This document shows, one piece after another, positions 43,423 through 55,273 of a stretch of DNA of 64,000 nt. The translations under genes and the position numbers were made by a program. This DNA comes from Eledone cirrhosa (lineage: Eukaryota). The notes beneath the pieces are model-generated. The model ran no database searches. It saw nothing but the letters and a program-made list of their open reading frames with translations, and was not told where the DNA came from. The stretch covers positions 19,778,001-19,842,000 of the forward strand of contig OZ024766.1 in the NCBI GenBank assembly GCA_964016885.1, written 5' to 3'. Numbering within the stretch: position 1 is the stretch's first letter; each line of letters begins with the position of its first letter.

Positions 43423-43534
43423 TAATAAAGACTTTTGATGTATTGAAGGCTTCTTTGGTTTATTTTCATAATATATATATATATATATATAATTATTCAG
43501 AATAATAATAAATGAAGACGTTCACATAATCAAA

Positions 43535-43607
43535 ATATGTTTTATTATATATATTTCGGAGGTACTTGTGCTGTTTTTTCAGTACGTCCTCGTCAGATAA
43601 AATATAT
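43535..43607 (-). ncRNA. Hammerhead ribozyme, AT-rich family
   Basis: 11-bp stem I (1 mismatch), CUGACGA, GGA-C-GUACU..AGUAC-C-UCC, GAA-AUAUAUAU-A. Confidence 0.78.
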
Positions 43608-43794
43608 GGATTGATGTATGACACACCTTAACTTTCTTGATGGTTCAATTCCTGGCCTTGTCAATAATTGCTGGCCTTGTGCCAAAAGCTTTCTTTGCCT
43701 ACTCTACATTAACACGTACTTGCATATTCTCTTTCTAAATAAATAAATGAATACACACGTGCCCTTTTTCAATTCCCTTCTTTTTCTCATTCTA

Positions 43795-43829
43795 TCTACT
43801 GATGAAGGACTAATTTCCGAAACGTAAAG
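43795..43829 (+). ncRNA. Minimal hammerhead motif with weak stem I
   Basis: CUGAUGA-A-GGA(CUAAUU)UCC-GAA-ACGU-A; first stem I pair is mismatched. Confidence 0.55.
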
Positions 43830-44129
43830 GCTTTTTTCTCACTATACCCAGCGTTAAACTAAACTAATATATTTCTTCATTGTATTTTGTTTACGATTAC
43901 TTTTTGCGCGCGTGCATATTATTATATATGTGTGTGTGTGTATATATATAATGTGTGTATGTATGTATGTATGTATGTATGTATGTATGTATGTATGTAT
44001 GTATAATAATAATTATAAACGAAAGATATATACTTTATATCATCTCTGTTTATTTTATTATATATATTTCGAAGATGCAAAGCTTTTTGTATAACATAAA
44101 CCAAAAATGTCCTCCTCAAACAAAATACA

Positions 44130-44459
44130 TATCATCATCATACGTCCGCTTTTCCCTGCTTGCAAGGGTGGGACAAGGACTGATTCTGGCTAGATTTCTA
44201 CAGCTGGATGCCCTTTCTAACCCCAACCTCATTTACAGTGAGTGTTGGGTGCTTTTTAGCCGTGGCACCTCCACGACCACTTTACAGTGGAACGATAGGG
44301 ACCCCAGTCCCTCTCATCTCATTTCTACAGCTGAGTAAACTGGAGCAATATGAAATAAAGTGTCTTGCTCAAGGAAACAACACATCACCCGGTCTGAGAA
44401 TTGAACTCACAACCTTTCGATTGCAAGCTCAATGCTCTAACCACTAAGCCATGCGCCTT
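44130..44459 (-). mobile_element. Same SINE family, essentially unamplified (single 49-bp unit)
   Basis: Colinear reverse complement of 51284-52011. Confidence 0.88.
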
Positions 44460-44498
44460 CTCTCCTTGGTTATGTCAAAATTTATAAAACACACTTCG

Positions 44499-44560
44499 TA
44501 TTTTATCTGATGATAGCGTACCAAAATTTTTGGTACCTTTGAAATATATATAATAGGATA
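44499..44560 (+). ncRNA. Hammerhead motif, AT-rich family, weakened stem II base
   Basis: UAUUUUAU-CUGAUGA-UAG-C-GUACCAAAA..UUUUGGUAC-C-UUU-GAA-AUAUAUAU-A-AUAGGAUA; flanks are homologous to 32315-32455. Confidence 0.62.
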
Positions 44561-44821
44561 AATATAGTTTCCATTTACTTAATATCATTGTGTGTGTATA
44601 TATAACGAAGGAAATGTGGTAAGGAACCAGGTAGACCATAACGCACCAAAGTACTCAATACTTAGGGTAGTAGAGTGGATAATATATATATATATATATG
44701 TGTGCGTGTGTGTCTGCGTATATATAACCATAAAAACTCTTTTACACATCCAAATGTATATATTTATATATATGTAGGAGGTGAGTTTTATTGTAGTCCA
44801 ATAAAGCAATGCATGTCTCCC

Positions 44822-44892
44822 TATTTTATCTGACGAAAACGCAAATGTTATTGCATGATGATATTTGTTTTTGAAATGCGCATAATAAAATA
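44822..44892 (+). ncRNA. Hammerhead ribozyme, AT-rich family
   Basis: Perfect 8-bp stem I, CUGACGA, long stem II, GAA-AUGCGCAU-A (palindromic stem III). Confidence 0.75.
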
Positions 44893-46868
44893 CATGGAAC
44901 TCTTTTAACCATCTTTTGATCTTATATATTATTATTTATATATATATATGAGGCTTGTTCATGTATGTATACACTAAGATATTTTCGTTTCTATTTTATA
45001 TACATCATACACTTTATATACACCTGTTTGTGTGAGTATGTGTTTATATATATATATATATGTGTGTGTGTATGTGTTCATATAAATGTATTTGTTCGTT
45101 GTCTAGGTTATCGAGTTGACATGCTTCGCTGAAAAGATTTAATACGGTGTAAATATTTGCCTTCACTCACCTGCTCCGCTCTGGTTGTCTTGTTTCACTT
45201 TTGTTTCAAAAGACGTGGCTTAGCTTGGGCTACAGTAGTTATCCCCCCTGCTTGCTCTTTAATATTTGAGCATCTCTAAAGTAAGCTACGGTCTTAAAGG
45301 TGGTGTTGTGTTGTTGTGTTGTGTTGTGTTGTGTTGTGTTGTGTTGTGTAGTGTAGTGGTGTTGTAGTGTCGTGTTGTGTAGTGTAGTGTTGTGGTGGGG
45401 TCGAAAAATAAAGTACCAGTAATACACTGGGTAATTGCTGGCCTTGTGCCAAAAGTAAAAACAATTATATATATAGTACTACGACCGTGTTATGTTATAT
45501 ATATATATATATGGTGGTAGTGTTGTGGTGGTAGTGTTGTGGTGGTAGTGTTGTGGTGGTGGTAGTGTTGTGGTGGTGGTGATGGTAGTGTTGTGGTGGT
45601 GGTGGTAGTAGTGTTGTGGTGGTGGTGGTGGTAGTGTTGTGGTGGTGATGGCAGTGTTGTGATGGTAGTGTTGTAGTGGTGGTGGTGGTAGTGTTGTGGT
45701 GGTAGTGTTGTTGTGGTGGTAGTGTTGTGGTGGTGGTAGTGTTGTGGTGGTGGTGGTAGTAGTGTTGTGGTGGTGGTGATGGTAGTGTTGTGGTGGTGAT
45801 GGCAGTGTTGTGATGGTAGTGTTGTAGTGGTGGTGGCAGTGTTGTGGTGGTGGTGGTGGTGGTAGTGTTGTGATGGCAGTGTTGTGGTGGTGGTGGCAGT
45901 GTTGTGGTGGTAGTGTTGTGGTGGTGGTGATGGCAGTGTTGTGGTGTGTCAGAGACATAAACAATATTTTATCTATCTATCTATGTTATTTGTTTTCTTT
46001 ACTCCCCTTTTTGGTAAACTCCCCCCTTGTATTTGTCCCCTTCTTTTGCGCCCTAGTGGCAATAAATAGAAACATCTCTCTCTCTCTCTCTCTCTCTCTC
46101 TAGTACTATGACAGTGTTATATATCTATCTATCTATCTATATTTATTGTATGTAAACTTACCCCTTTGTATTTGTCCCCCTGTGGCTAATAAACATATCT
46201 ATCTCTCTCTCTATATATAGTAGAGTGTCAGAGACAGTGTTATATATCTATATATCTATCTCTCTCTATATATATAGTACAGTGTTATATATCTATATAT
46301 CTCTCTCTATATATATAGTACAGTGTTATATATCTCTCTCTCTATATATATATAGAACAGTGTCAGAGACTGTTATATATCTATATATCTCTCTCTATAT
46401 ATATAGTACAGTGTTAGAGAGAGAGAGAGACAGTGTTATATATATATATATATATATAGTGCAGTATTAGAGAGACAGACTGTTATATATATAATATAGT
46501 ACGACACTGTTATATATATATATATAGTACTACGACTGTATTATGTTATATATATATAGTACTGTGTTAGAGAGAGACTGTTATATATATATATATAGTA
46601 CTGTGTTAGAGAGAGACTGTTATATATATATAGTACTACGACTGTATTATGTTATATATATATAGTACTGTGTTAGAGAGAGACTGTTATATATATATAT
46701 ATATATATATAACCGTATTATGTTATATATATATATATATAGTACTACGACCGTATTATGTTATATATATATATATATAGTACTGTGTTAGAGAGAAACT
46801 GTTATATATATATAGTACTACGACTGTATTATGTTATATATATATAGTACTGTGTTAGAGAGAGACTG

Positions 46869-46904
<36 letters not shown>

Positions 46905-47360
46905 ACGACCGTATTATGTTATATATATATATATATAGTACTACGACATTGTTATATATATATCTATATTATATCTATCTATCTCTCTCTCTCTATATAT
47001 ATATAGTACTGCGTTTGACAGAGACAGTGTTTTATATATATATATAATATAATATAAATATATATATATATATGTGGGAAAAAGTATGACCCCGACGGCT
47101 TGAGCTCAGCCGTCGGGGTCATACTTTTTCCTATTTCCAACTCTACTACCCTAAGTATTGAGTACTTTGGTGCGTCATGGTCCATCTGTTTCCTTACCAC
47201 AATTCCTTTGTTATATATATAAATATATATATATATTTACAGTGCAGTGTTATGTTTATTTATATATATATATATATATATACACACACTCACTTATACA
47301 GTGCAGTATTAGAGATAGAGATAGTGTTATGTTTAAAAGGAAGGTGGTTGGCTGGTTGGA

Positions 47361-47393
47361 GCCATTTTTGTTTTTCTCTGTCAAAATGGCGGC
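47361..47393. promoter_or_regulatory. YY1-type motifs (GCCATTTT and CAAAATGGCGGC) in a unique island; candidate KAT6 promoter/TSS region
   Basis: Two oppositely oriented CCAT-core motifs in about 130 nt of unique sequence between (TA)n tracts. Confidence 0.4.
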
Positions 47394-47569
47394 TTTCGCA
47401 TCTTTGCCTGATTTCTGTCGTCAGTCGTCATTAGATTGCATCTAGCATTTGCTACTCACGTTGAACATGGTTATATAGACAACACACGTATATATACGCA
47501 CGTATATATATGTATGTGTGTATATATGGTGTATATATATTATATAGTAGCGTGTTTGCCATGTTTATA

Positions 47570-47613
<44 letters not shown>

Positions 47614-47713
47614 CATAGTGTTTGTGTGTATACACACACGTATATATACGCACGTATATATATGTATGTGTGTATATATGGTATATATTATATAGTAGCA
47701 TGTATGCCATGTT

Positions 47714-47747
<34 letters not shown>

Positions 47748-47889
47748 CAGTGTTTGTGTATACACATACGTATATATACGCACGTATATATATGTATGTG
47801 TGTATATATGGTGTATATATATTATATAGTAGCGTGTATGCCATGTTTATACGTGGGTGTGTATATACGTGGTTATATATATATGTGTG

Positions 47890-47948
<59 letters not shown>

Positions 47949-48479
47949 CTGTGTATATGGTGTATGTATATTATCTAGCGTGGATGCATGTTTATGTATG
48001 TGTGTATATACGTAGTTATGTGTAAGTGTTTGTGTATATATACATGTGTGTTTGTGTGTATATATACATATATATGTGTGTGTATATAATATATATATAC
48101 ATGTGTGTGTGTATATATACACATATGTGTGTGTATGTATATATACATGTGAGTTTGTATGTATATATACATGTGAGTTTGTGTGTATATATACGTGTGT
48201 TTGTGTGTATATATACATGTTTGTGTGTATATATACATGTGTGTTTGTGTGTATATATTCATATATGTGTGTGTCTTTGTGTCTATATAAATGTGTGTGT
48301 GTAGATAAACATGTTTGTGTATATATACTTATTCAAAATATTAATAAATGAAGACATTCACATAATCAAAATATATGTTAGATATATTTTTTTTTTAACT
48401 GTAGAGTGCTTTTAATCTATTGTAAAACTATATTCATTGAGTAATCAATGAACCATATTAATCTTTGTTTATATATATA

Positions 48480-48880
48480 TAATAATAATAATGAAATTAT
48501 TGTGTACAGTGCTCAGGTGCACTACAACTCATCAAAGGTGCATGTATAGTACATAGAATAATGTACAAATGTCAGGAAAATGAACAGTGTACGAGTCATG
48601 ATATAATAATAATAATAACAATAATGAAATATTGTGTACAGTGCCCAGGTGCACCACAACTCATCAAAAAAGTGCATGTACAGTACATAGGGCAATGCAC
48701 AAACATCAGTAAAATGAACAGTGCACGAGTCATGATACACACATGTGTGCATGTGTATGGAAGGGGTACATCAGGTGTAGTTTTGGCGTATTTCGGGAAG
48801 CATGAGTGTCTTAAAGGATGCAGTGTCTCGGCAGCTAACAATTGACGCAGGCAGTTTGTTCCATGCTTCAGCAACTCTGA
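48480..48880 (-). mobile_element. CR1/L2-group LINE 3' end, 61-bp unit present once, (TTA)n tails
   Basis: RVAEAWNKLPASIVSCRDTASFK plus a partly duplicated 3'UTR. Confidence 0.8.
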
Positions 48881-49160
48881 TAATTTGTTTTGCAAGGTTT
48901 TTGATATGAAATTGTGTGCCGAAACAAATATTATACTTGGGGAGGGTCATATTGCCAGAAATAATAACAGAACACACTCACTGTTTGGTTGGTTTAGTCT
49001 AACAAAGTTCTTTCGTTGCACATCTGCAACATCATCAGTAGTTCTATTATGTTCCTCCTGTTGATTTGTATGTTTATGCCATTTTGGCGTAGACATACAA
49101 TACATTCTAACCACATGTCCATAGTATCAGAGCTGTGCATGTTTCTGAAGCAAAAACCCT

Positions 49161-49880
49161 GTGCATTCTCCTCTCTTACACACTACATCTAATTCCTCTT
49201 ATAGCCAGGTCTTCCTCTACTGCAGCTTCCTTCCACTAGGAACTCCTGGCACTTCTTCACCCAACAATCACCATCCATACACATCACATATCTATAGCAG
49301 TGCAGTCTCCTCTTATACCCAGGTCTTCCTCTACTGCAGCTTCCTCTTATACCCAGGTCTTCCTCTACTGCAGCTTCCTCTTATACCCAGGTCTTCCTCT
49401 TCTGCAGCTTCCTTCCACTGGGAACTCCTGACACTTCTTCACCCAACAATCACCATCCATACACATCACATGTCTATACCAGTGCAGTCTCCTCTTATAC
49501 CCAGGTCTTCCTCTACTGCAGCTTCCTTCCACTGGGAACTCCTGGTACTTCTTCACCCAACAACCACCATCCATACACATCACATGTCCATAGCAGTGCA
49601 GTCTCCTCTTATACCCAGGTCTTCCTCTACTGCAGCTTCCTTCCACTGGGAACTCCTGACACTTCTTCACCCAACAACCACCATCCATACACATCACATG
49701 TCCATACCAGTGCAGTCTCCTCTCCTACACACTACATCTGATTCCTCTTATACCCAGGTCTTCCTCTACTGCAGCTTCCTTCCACTGGGAACTCCTGACA
49801 CTTCTTCACCAAACAACCACCATCCATACACATCACATGTCCATACCAGTGCAGTCGCCTCTTATACCCAACTCTTCTCT
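49161..49880 (-). mobile_element. RTE LINE 3' fragment, tandemly reiterated
   Basis: Repeated RRLHWYGHVMCMD..CWVKKCQEFPVEGSCSRGRP. Confidence 0.8.
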
Positions 49881-51073
49881 TAGTTTAACCCCATCCTGTT
49901 CATGCAGAGTAATATTACACATCCCATGGAGCATGTTTGCTTTGTTTCCCTCCAGATTCTGCACCGTTCTGCCCCAGTATTTGCCGGCATTATGTTGCTA
50001 GAGCACCCGCGAAGAGTGAAAAACCCTGAATATTGGACGTAGTCCATAAAAATATCTAGAAATGTCAAAATATAACATAAAATCTAATAAAAAATAAAAA
50101 AAAGGAGCATGTTATGTGAAGGGCCGTTCAATAGGCCTTCAAATATGGTAAAGTTATGTTGGTCCCACAACATCCAGGCCGAAACAAATGAGATCGTGTA
50201 GGTGTCACGACAAAAAACACACAGTCCACGCTGTAAATGTGGCCGTGTAGGCAACACGGTAAAAACCTCCCAGCCCCACACTGTAAATGTGGTTGGTGTT
50301 AGGAAGGGCATCCAGCTGTAGAAAACCCGCCAGACAGTCCACGCTGTAATGTGGCCGTGTAGGCAACACGGTAAAAACCTCCCAGCCCCACACTGTAAAT
50401 GTGGTTGGTGTTAGGAAGGGCATCCAGCCGTAGAAAACCCGCCAGACAGTCCTATGCGAGCAAGACAACCACTCTTGCCTCAAGTGGGAAAACCCCCGTC
50501 CAAACCCATGCAAGCGTGGAACACGGACGCTAAACCTGATGATGATGATGATGATGATGAATTTAGCGTTAAAGGGCGGTGGATTGGCAGTATCAGTAGA
50601 GGCTCGGACACCATGCTTTCCAGCATAGTTACGTCCCTTTATGATCTGAGTTCAAATCCCGCCGAGGTTGACTTTGCCTTTCATCCTTACGGGGTCGATA
50701 AAATAAAGTACCAGTAATGTACTGGGTAATTGCTGGCCTTGTGCCTAAAGTAGAAGCAATTGTTACAGCAATATGACCCTCCCCAAGTATAACAATATAT
50801 ATATATATATATATATAGTAATAATAATTGTTTCTACTTTTGGCACAAGGCCAGCAATTTTCCAGTGTATTACTGGTACTTTATTTTATCGTAATAATAA
50901 TAAATTTATCGTAATAATAAAAATTTTAATGCATTGGGTAATTGCTGGCCTTGTGCCTAAAGTAGAAACAATTAATAATTTAGCGTTAAAAAAATATTTA
51001 TTGCCATGAAAAAAGCCATAAAAATATGGCAGAAGATACTTACGGTTGTGAATATGCAGTGGTTTCCACAAAC

Positions 51074-51262
51074 AATTATTATTGTATTTCCCAGCGTTGA
51101 AGACGCTACTTTTTTTCCTAAAATAAGTCTCAAAAATCTGCCATGCGTCCTGGAGGCCAAAGGTTGTTTATTATTTTTTTTTTTCTTCAAATTTTTGGTT
51201 GTCAAAATCGGAGTGCGTCTTCGAGGATGAAGCAAGCATCTTCAGTGCCGGCAAATACGGTA
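51074..51262. mobile_element. Decayed Tc1/mariner-pogo-type MITE
   Basis: Degenerate ends gtatttcccagcgttgaagacgc ... cttcagtgccggcaaatacggta, followed by TA. Confidence 0.5.
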
Positions 51263-51283
51263 TATATAGATATAGATATATAT

Positions 51284-52011
51284 GGAGGCACATGGCTTAG
51301 TGGTTAGAGCATTGGCCTTGCAATCGAAAGGTTGTGAGTTCAATTCTTGGACCGGGTGATGTGTTGTTTCCTTGAGCAAGACACTTTATTTCACATTGCT
51401 CCAGTTTACTCAGCTGTAGAAATGAGATGATAGGGACTGGGGTCCCTATCATTCCACTGGAAAGTGGTCGTGGAGGTGCCACGGCAAAAAAAGCACCCAG
51501 CACTCACTGTAAAGTGGTCGTGGAGGTGCCACGGCAAAAAAGCACCCAGCACTCACTGTAAAGTGGTCGTGGAGCTGCCACAGCAAAAAAGCACCCAGCA
51601 CTCACTGTAAAGTGGTCGTGGAGGTGCCACGGCAAAAAAGCACCCAGCACTGACTGTAAAGTGGTCGTGGAGGTGCCACAGCAAAAAAGCACCCAGCACT
51701 CACTGTAAAGTGGTCGTGGAGGTGCCACGGCAAAAAAGCACCCAGCACTCACTGTAAAGTGGTCGTGGAGGTGCCACGGCAAAAAAGCACCCAGCACTCA
51801 CTGTAAAGTGGTCGTGGAGGTGCCACGGCAAAAAAAGCACCCAGCACTCACTGTAAAGTGGTCGTGGAGGTGCCACGGCAAAAAAGCACACAGCACTCAC
51901 TGTAAATGAGGTTGGTGTTAGGAAGGGCTTCCAGCTGTAGAAATGAAGCCAGAATCAGTTCCCATCCCACCCTTGCAAGCAGGGAAAAGCGGGCGTAAAA
52001 TGATGATGATG
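51284..52011 (+). mobile_element. Full-length tRNA-derived SINE with internal 49-bp array (~9x) and (GAT)n tail
   Basis: A box TGGCTTAGTGG, B box GAGTTCAATTC, V-domain-like ccttgagcaagacact, mermaid-like ggtgttaggaagggc, GAT tail. Confidence 0.88.
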
Positions 52012-52073
52012 ATATATATACATTTCTTGGTCAGTGTCCAAGTCTCAGACCCAGCACAGACTCCACTACAACA

Positions 52074-53064
52074 ATGAAGAGGCGGATTTTCAGGTCTATA
52101 CGAAGGTCCTACTTCCACACTGATCTGAAGCTGTGGCACGCCGCCCAGGCTTTGCTCTTCGTCTCAATCACATCATCTTCCGTATTCCCAATCTTTGCTC
52201 TCAAATACAGGAAGAAACTCACTCAGATGGTGGATGGGTGCTACACGAGAATGCTGAGGATGGCTCTGAACATTAATCAGTATACACTGAGAATGAAGAA
52301 CTCAGAGCTGTACGGGAGCCTCCCAAAAGTCAGCTCAAAAGTGACACAGAGGAGATTGAGGTTAGCTGGACATGCTCACCGACATCCAGAGTTAGCACTG
52401 CACTCAGTGCTCCCGTGGGAGCCCCTACATGGACACACTAGAAGAGGGAGACAGGTTAGCTGGACATGCTCACCGACATCCAGAGTTGACACTGCACTCA
52501 GTGCTCCTGTGGGAGCCCCTACATGGACACACTGGAAGAGGGAGACTGAGGTTAGCTGGACATGCTCACCGACATCCAGAGTTGACACTGCACTCAGTGC
52601 TCCTGTGGGAACCCCTGCATAGACACACTGGAAGAGGAAGACCAAGGTTAGCTGGACATGCTCACCGACATCCAGAGTTAGCACTGCACTCAGTGCTCCC
52701 GTGGGAGCCCCTACATGGACACACTAGAAGAGGTAGACTGAGGTTAGCTGGACATGCTCACCGACATCCAGAGTTGACACTGCACTCAGTGCTCCTGTGG
52801 GAGCCCCTCCATGGACACACTAGAAGAGGGAGACTGAGGTTAGCTGGACATGCTCACCGACATCCAGAGTTGACACTGCACTCAGTGCTCCTGTGGGAAC
52901 CCCTGCATAGACACACTGGAAGAGGAAGACCAAGGTTAACATATGTTGATGTCCTAAGGACAGACACTGGTCTGTTGGAGACGCAGGACATAGCAGCGAT
53001 AATGAGGGGCAGAGACCGTTGGAGAGAACTTGTCCATGGATCACGGGAATTTTACCCACCCTAG
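52074..53064 (+). mobile_element. RTE-like LINE 3' fragment with a 96-bp unit amplified ~6x
   Basis: DGCYTRMLRMALNI...RRLRLAGHAHRHPEL...GRGRPRLTYVDVL...DRWRELV. Confidence 0.85.
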
Positions 53065-53244
53065 ATAGATAGATATAGATACACACTCACACTCACATAT
53101 ACACATATATAGCATGTACAGTGAAAGCGCATGGCTGAGTGTTTAGAGAATGGGACTCTCACTCGTGAGGTGAGTTTGATTCCCGGACCGGGTGATGGTG
53201 TTATGTCCTTGGGCAAGACAGTTTTTCATGTTGCTCCTTCTACC

Positions 53245-53460
53245 TGGACATGTGATGCACATGGAGGATGACCGCTGGGTAAAGAAGTGCCAAGAAATCC
53301 CAGTAGAAGGAAGACGTGGTAGAGGTAGACCACGAAAAACATGGGCGGAGGTGGTGAGAGCAGACCTCAGATTGCTGAAGCTCACGGAGGAGATTACGAA
53401 GGACCGTGACAGGCGGAGAGATGCTGTGCTGAATAGGACCCGTCCCTCACACCTTTCTTT
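53245..53460 (+). mobile_element. RTE LINE 3' fragment (another on - at 53999-54247)
   Basis: GHVMHMEDDRWVKKC...GRRGRGRPRKTWAEVV. Confidence 0.85.
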
Positions 53461-53497
53461 ATTATAGTTAAGCACTAATAGCTAAGTGCCAACTTTC

Positions 53498-53967
53498 TAT
53501 CATCATCATCATCACCGTTTTACGTCCGTTCTTCCACGCTAGCATGGGTCAGACGGGTTGTCCTGTTGTGGGCAGTGTCTGGTCGGCTGACCATGCCTTG
53601 CTCATACAGGAACTGATTCTGGCTTGATTTCTACAGCTGGATGCCCTTCCTAACACCAACCTCATTTACAGTGTGGGGCTGGGAGGTTTTTACCGTGTTG
53701 CCTACACGGCCACTACAGTGTGGGCTGAGTGCTTTTTTGCCGTGGCACCTCCATGACCACTTTACAGTGAGTGCTGGGTGCTTTTTTGCCGTGGCACCTC
53801 CACGTCCACTTTACAGTGTGGGCTGAGTGCTTTTTTGCCGTGGCACCTCCACGACCACTTTACAGTGTGGGCTGGGTGCTTTTTTTGCTGTGGCACCTCC
53901 ACGACCACTTTACAGTGAGTGCTGGGTGCTTCTTTGCCGTGGCACCTCCACGACCACCTTGCAGTGG
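53498..53967 (-). mobile_element. Chimeric SINE 3' part with 49-bp array
   Basis: Joins 112-bp-family and 49-bp-family segments. Confidence 0.8.
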
Positions 53968-54423
53968 GAGGGTTGTGGGGGCATATTGTCTATATGCTTC
54001 AGCTTGTACCCATGGGAGGTCGGGTACTCTGTATTACTGCGTGACGCCAGAGGTCACGATCGTGTGTCATCATCGCCTTTGAGAGGTGTAATTGGGTAAG
54101 GTCGGCTTTTATCACCTCATCCCAGGTCATCTTGGGTCTCCCCACTCCGCGGTTTCCATCGACTTCTAGTGCTCTGCACCTTTTTATGCAGCTTTCATCC
54201 TTCATACGCATCACATGTCCATACCAGCGTAACCGCCTCTCCTGCACTATCTAAGATGAATTCAGTATATTTGAAATTTAATTTAACAGGGCGGGGTGTT
54301 GACAAAAATGTTTGTGCCCAAAAGGGGTGCGCTGGCTGAAAAAAAGGTTGGGGAAACCCTGATATTTAGGGATTGGTTTTTATGTTGAATCTAATCATTG
54401 TTCCTTTCTGTTCTCTTTTACAG

Positions 54424-54985
54424 ATGCTCCTTTGGATTAACAACAACAACAACAACAACCAATACTCACCAGTGGATAGGTTTCAAGGAATTTTTATAAC
54501 TCTTGGAACTGTCTACTGCTCCGTCTAACCCCTCCCCCCCCCACTGCGACAAATACCACCACCCCACCACCAACAACAACAACAACAGGATCTTTTAACA
54601 CTTTGATCCCGCAGCTACTGTGAGAAACACACAAACACATACACACACATAAATATATATATATATATATATATTATACATATATATATACATATATACA
54701 TGCGCGCACATTTGAAAGAAATTTTTTTTTTCGGGGAAAAAAAAAAAAAATGTGATGTTTCATTTTTCTTTGCCCACTTAACGACCCCTTTCTCTGAACC
54801 CATTTTTTTTTTTTTTTTTTTTTTTTTTTCATCTGAATTGAACAGTTCACCCCTCCCCCCTGCACCCCTTCCCTGATATATTAACACACACATACACACA
54901 CAAACACACACACACACACATGTATATATATATATACACATTAGATAGTGTTGACACTCTTAAAGAAGTTTCTCTACTTTGCTCT
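54424..54985 (+). other. Candidate 5'UTR exon of KAT6
   Basis: Acceptor ttcctttctgttctcttttacag ends at 54423; gtaagt at 54986; lies 1.3 kb upstream of the first coding exon. Confidence 0.4.
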
Positions 54986-55046
54986 GTAAGTCCCTCCCTT
55001 CGAGAGGGGGGAAAAAGGGGACAAACACTATTATTGTAAATACATT

Positions 55047-55081
<35 letters not shown>

Positions 55082-55237
55082 TTTTCTAAGGAGTACTGCC
55101 AACTTGTGTATATATTGGGTATATAATATATGCTATATATATACATGTATGTAAAAAGTAAACAGAAAAAACAACACAATCGGTACAGTATATGGAAGGG
55201 ATATATTAGGTTAACGCTTGATATAGCAGGAAGAGGG

Positions 55238-55273
55238 TCTTAACGTTTCAGACGCTTGTCCTTCATCGGAAGA
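55238..55273 (-). ncRNA. Second copy of the 6571 hammerhead with core mutation (CCGAUGA)
   Basis: About 120 nt of context shared between 6483-6606 and 55150-55273; the U4>C change is predicted to inactivate it. Confidence 0.6.

Noticed and set aside
49977-51258. 13-bp inverted match gtatttgccggca as TIRs of a single 1.3-kb transposon
   Set aside because: The left part resembles a separate Tigger-like end (compare 63804-63860) and the right end pairs with 51074; better explained as two small elements.
51284-51355. tRNA gene
   Set aside because: The A/B boxes belong to a SINE head that continues into SINE body and tail; no acceptor stem.
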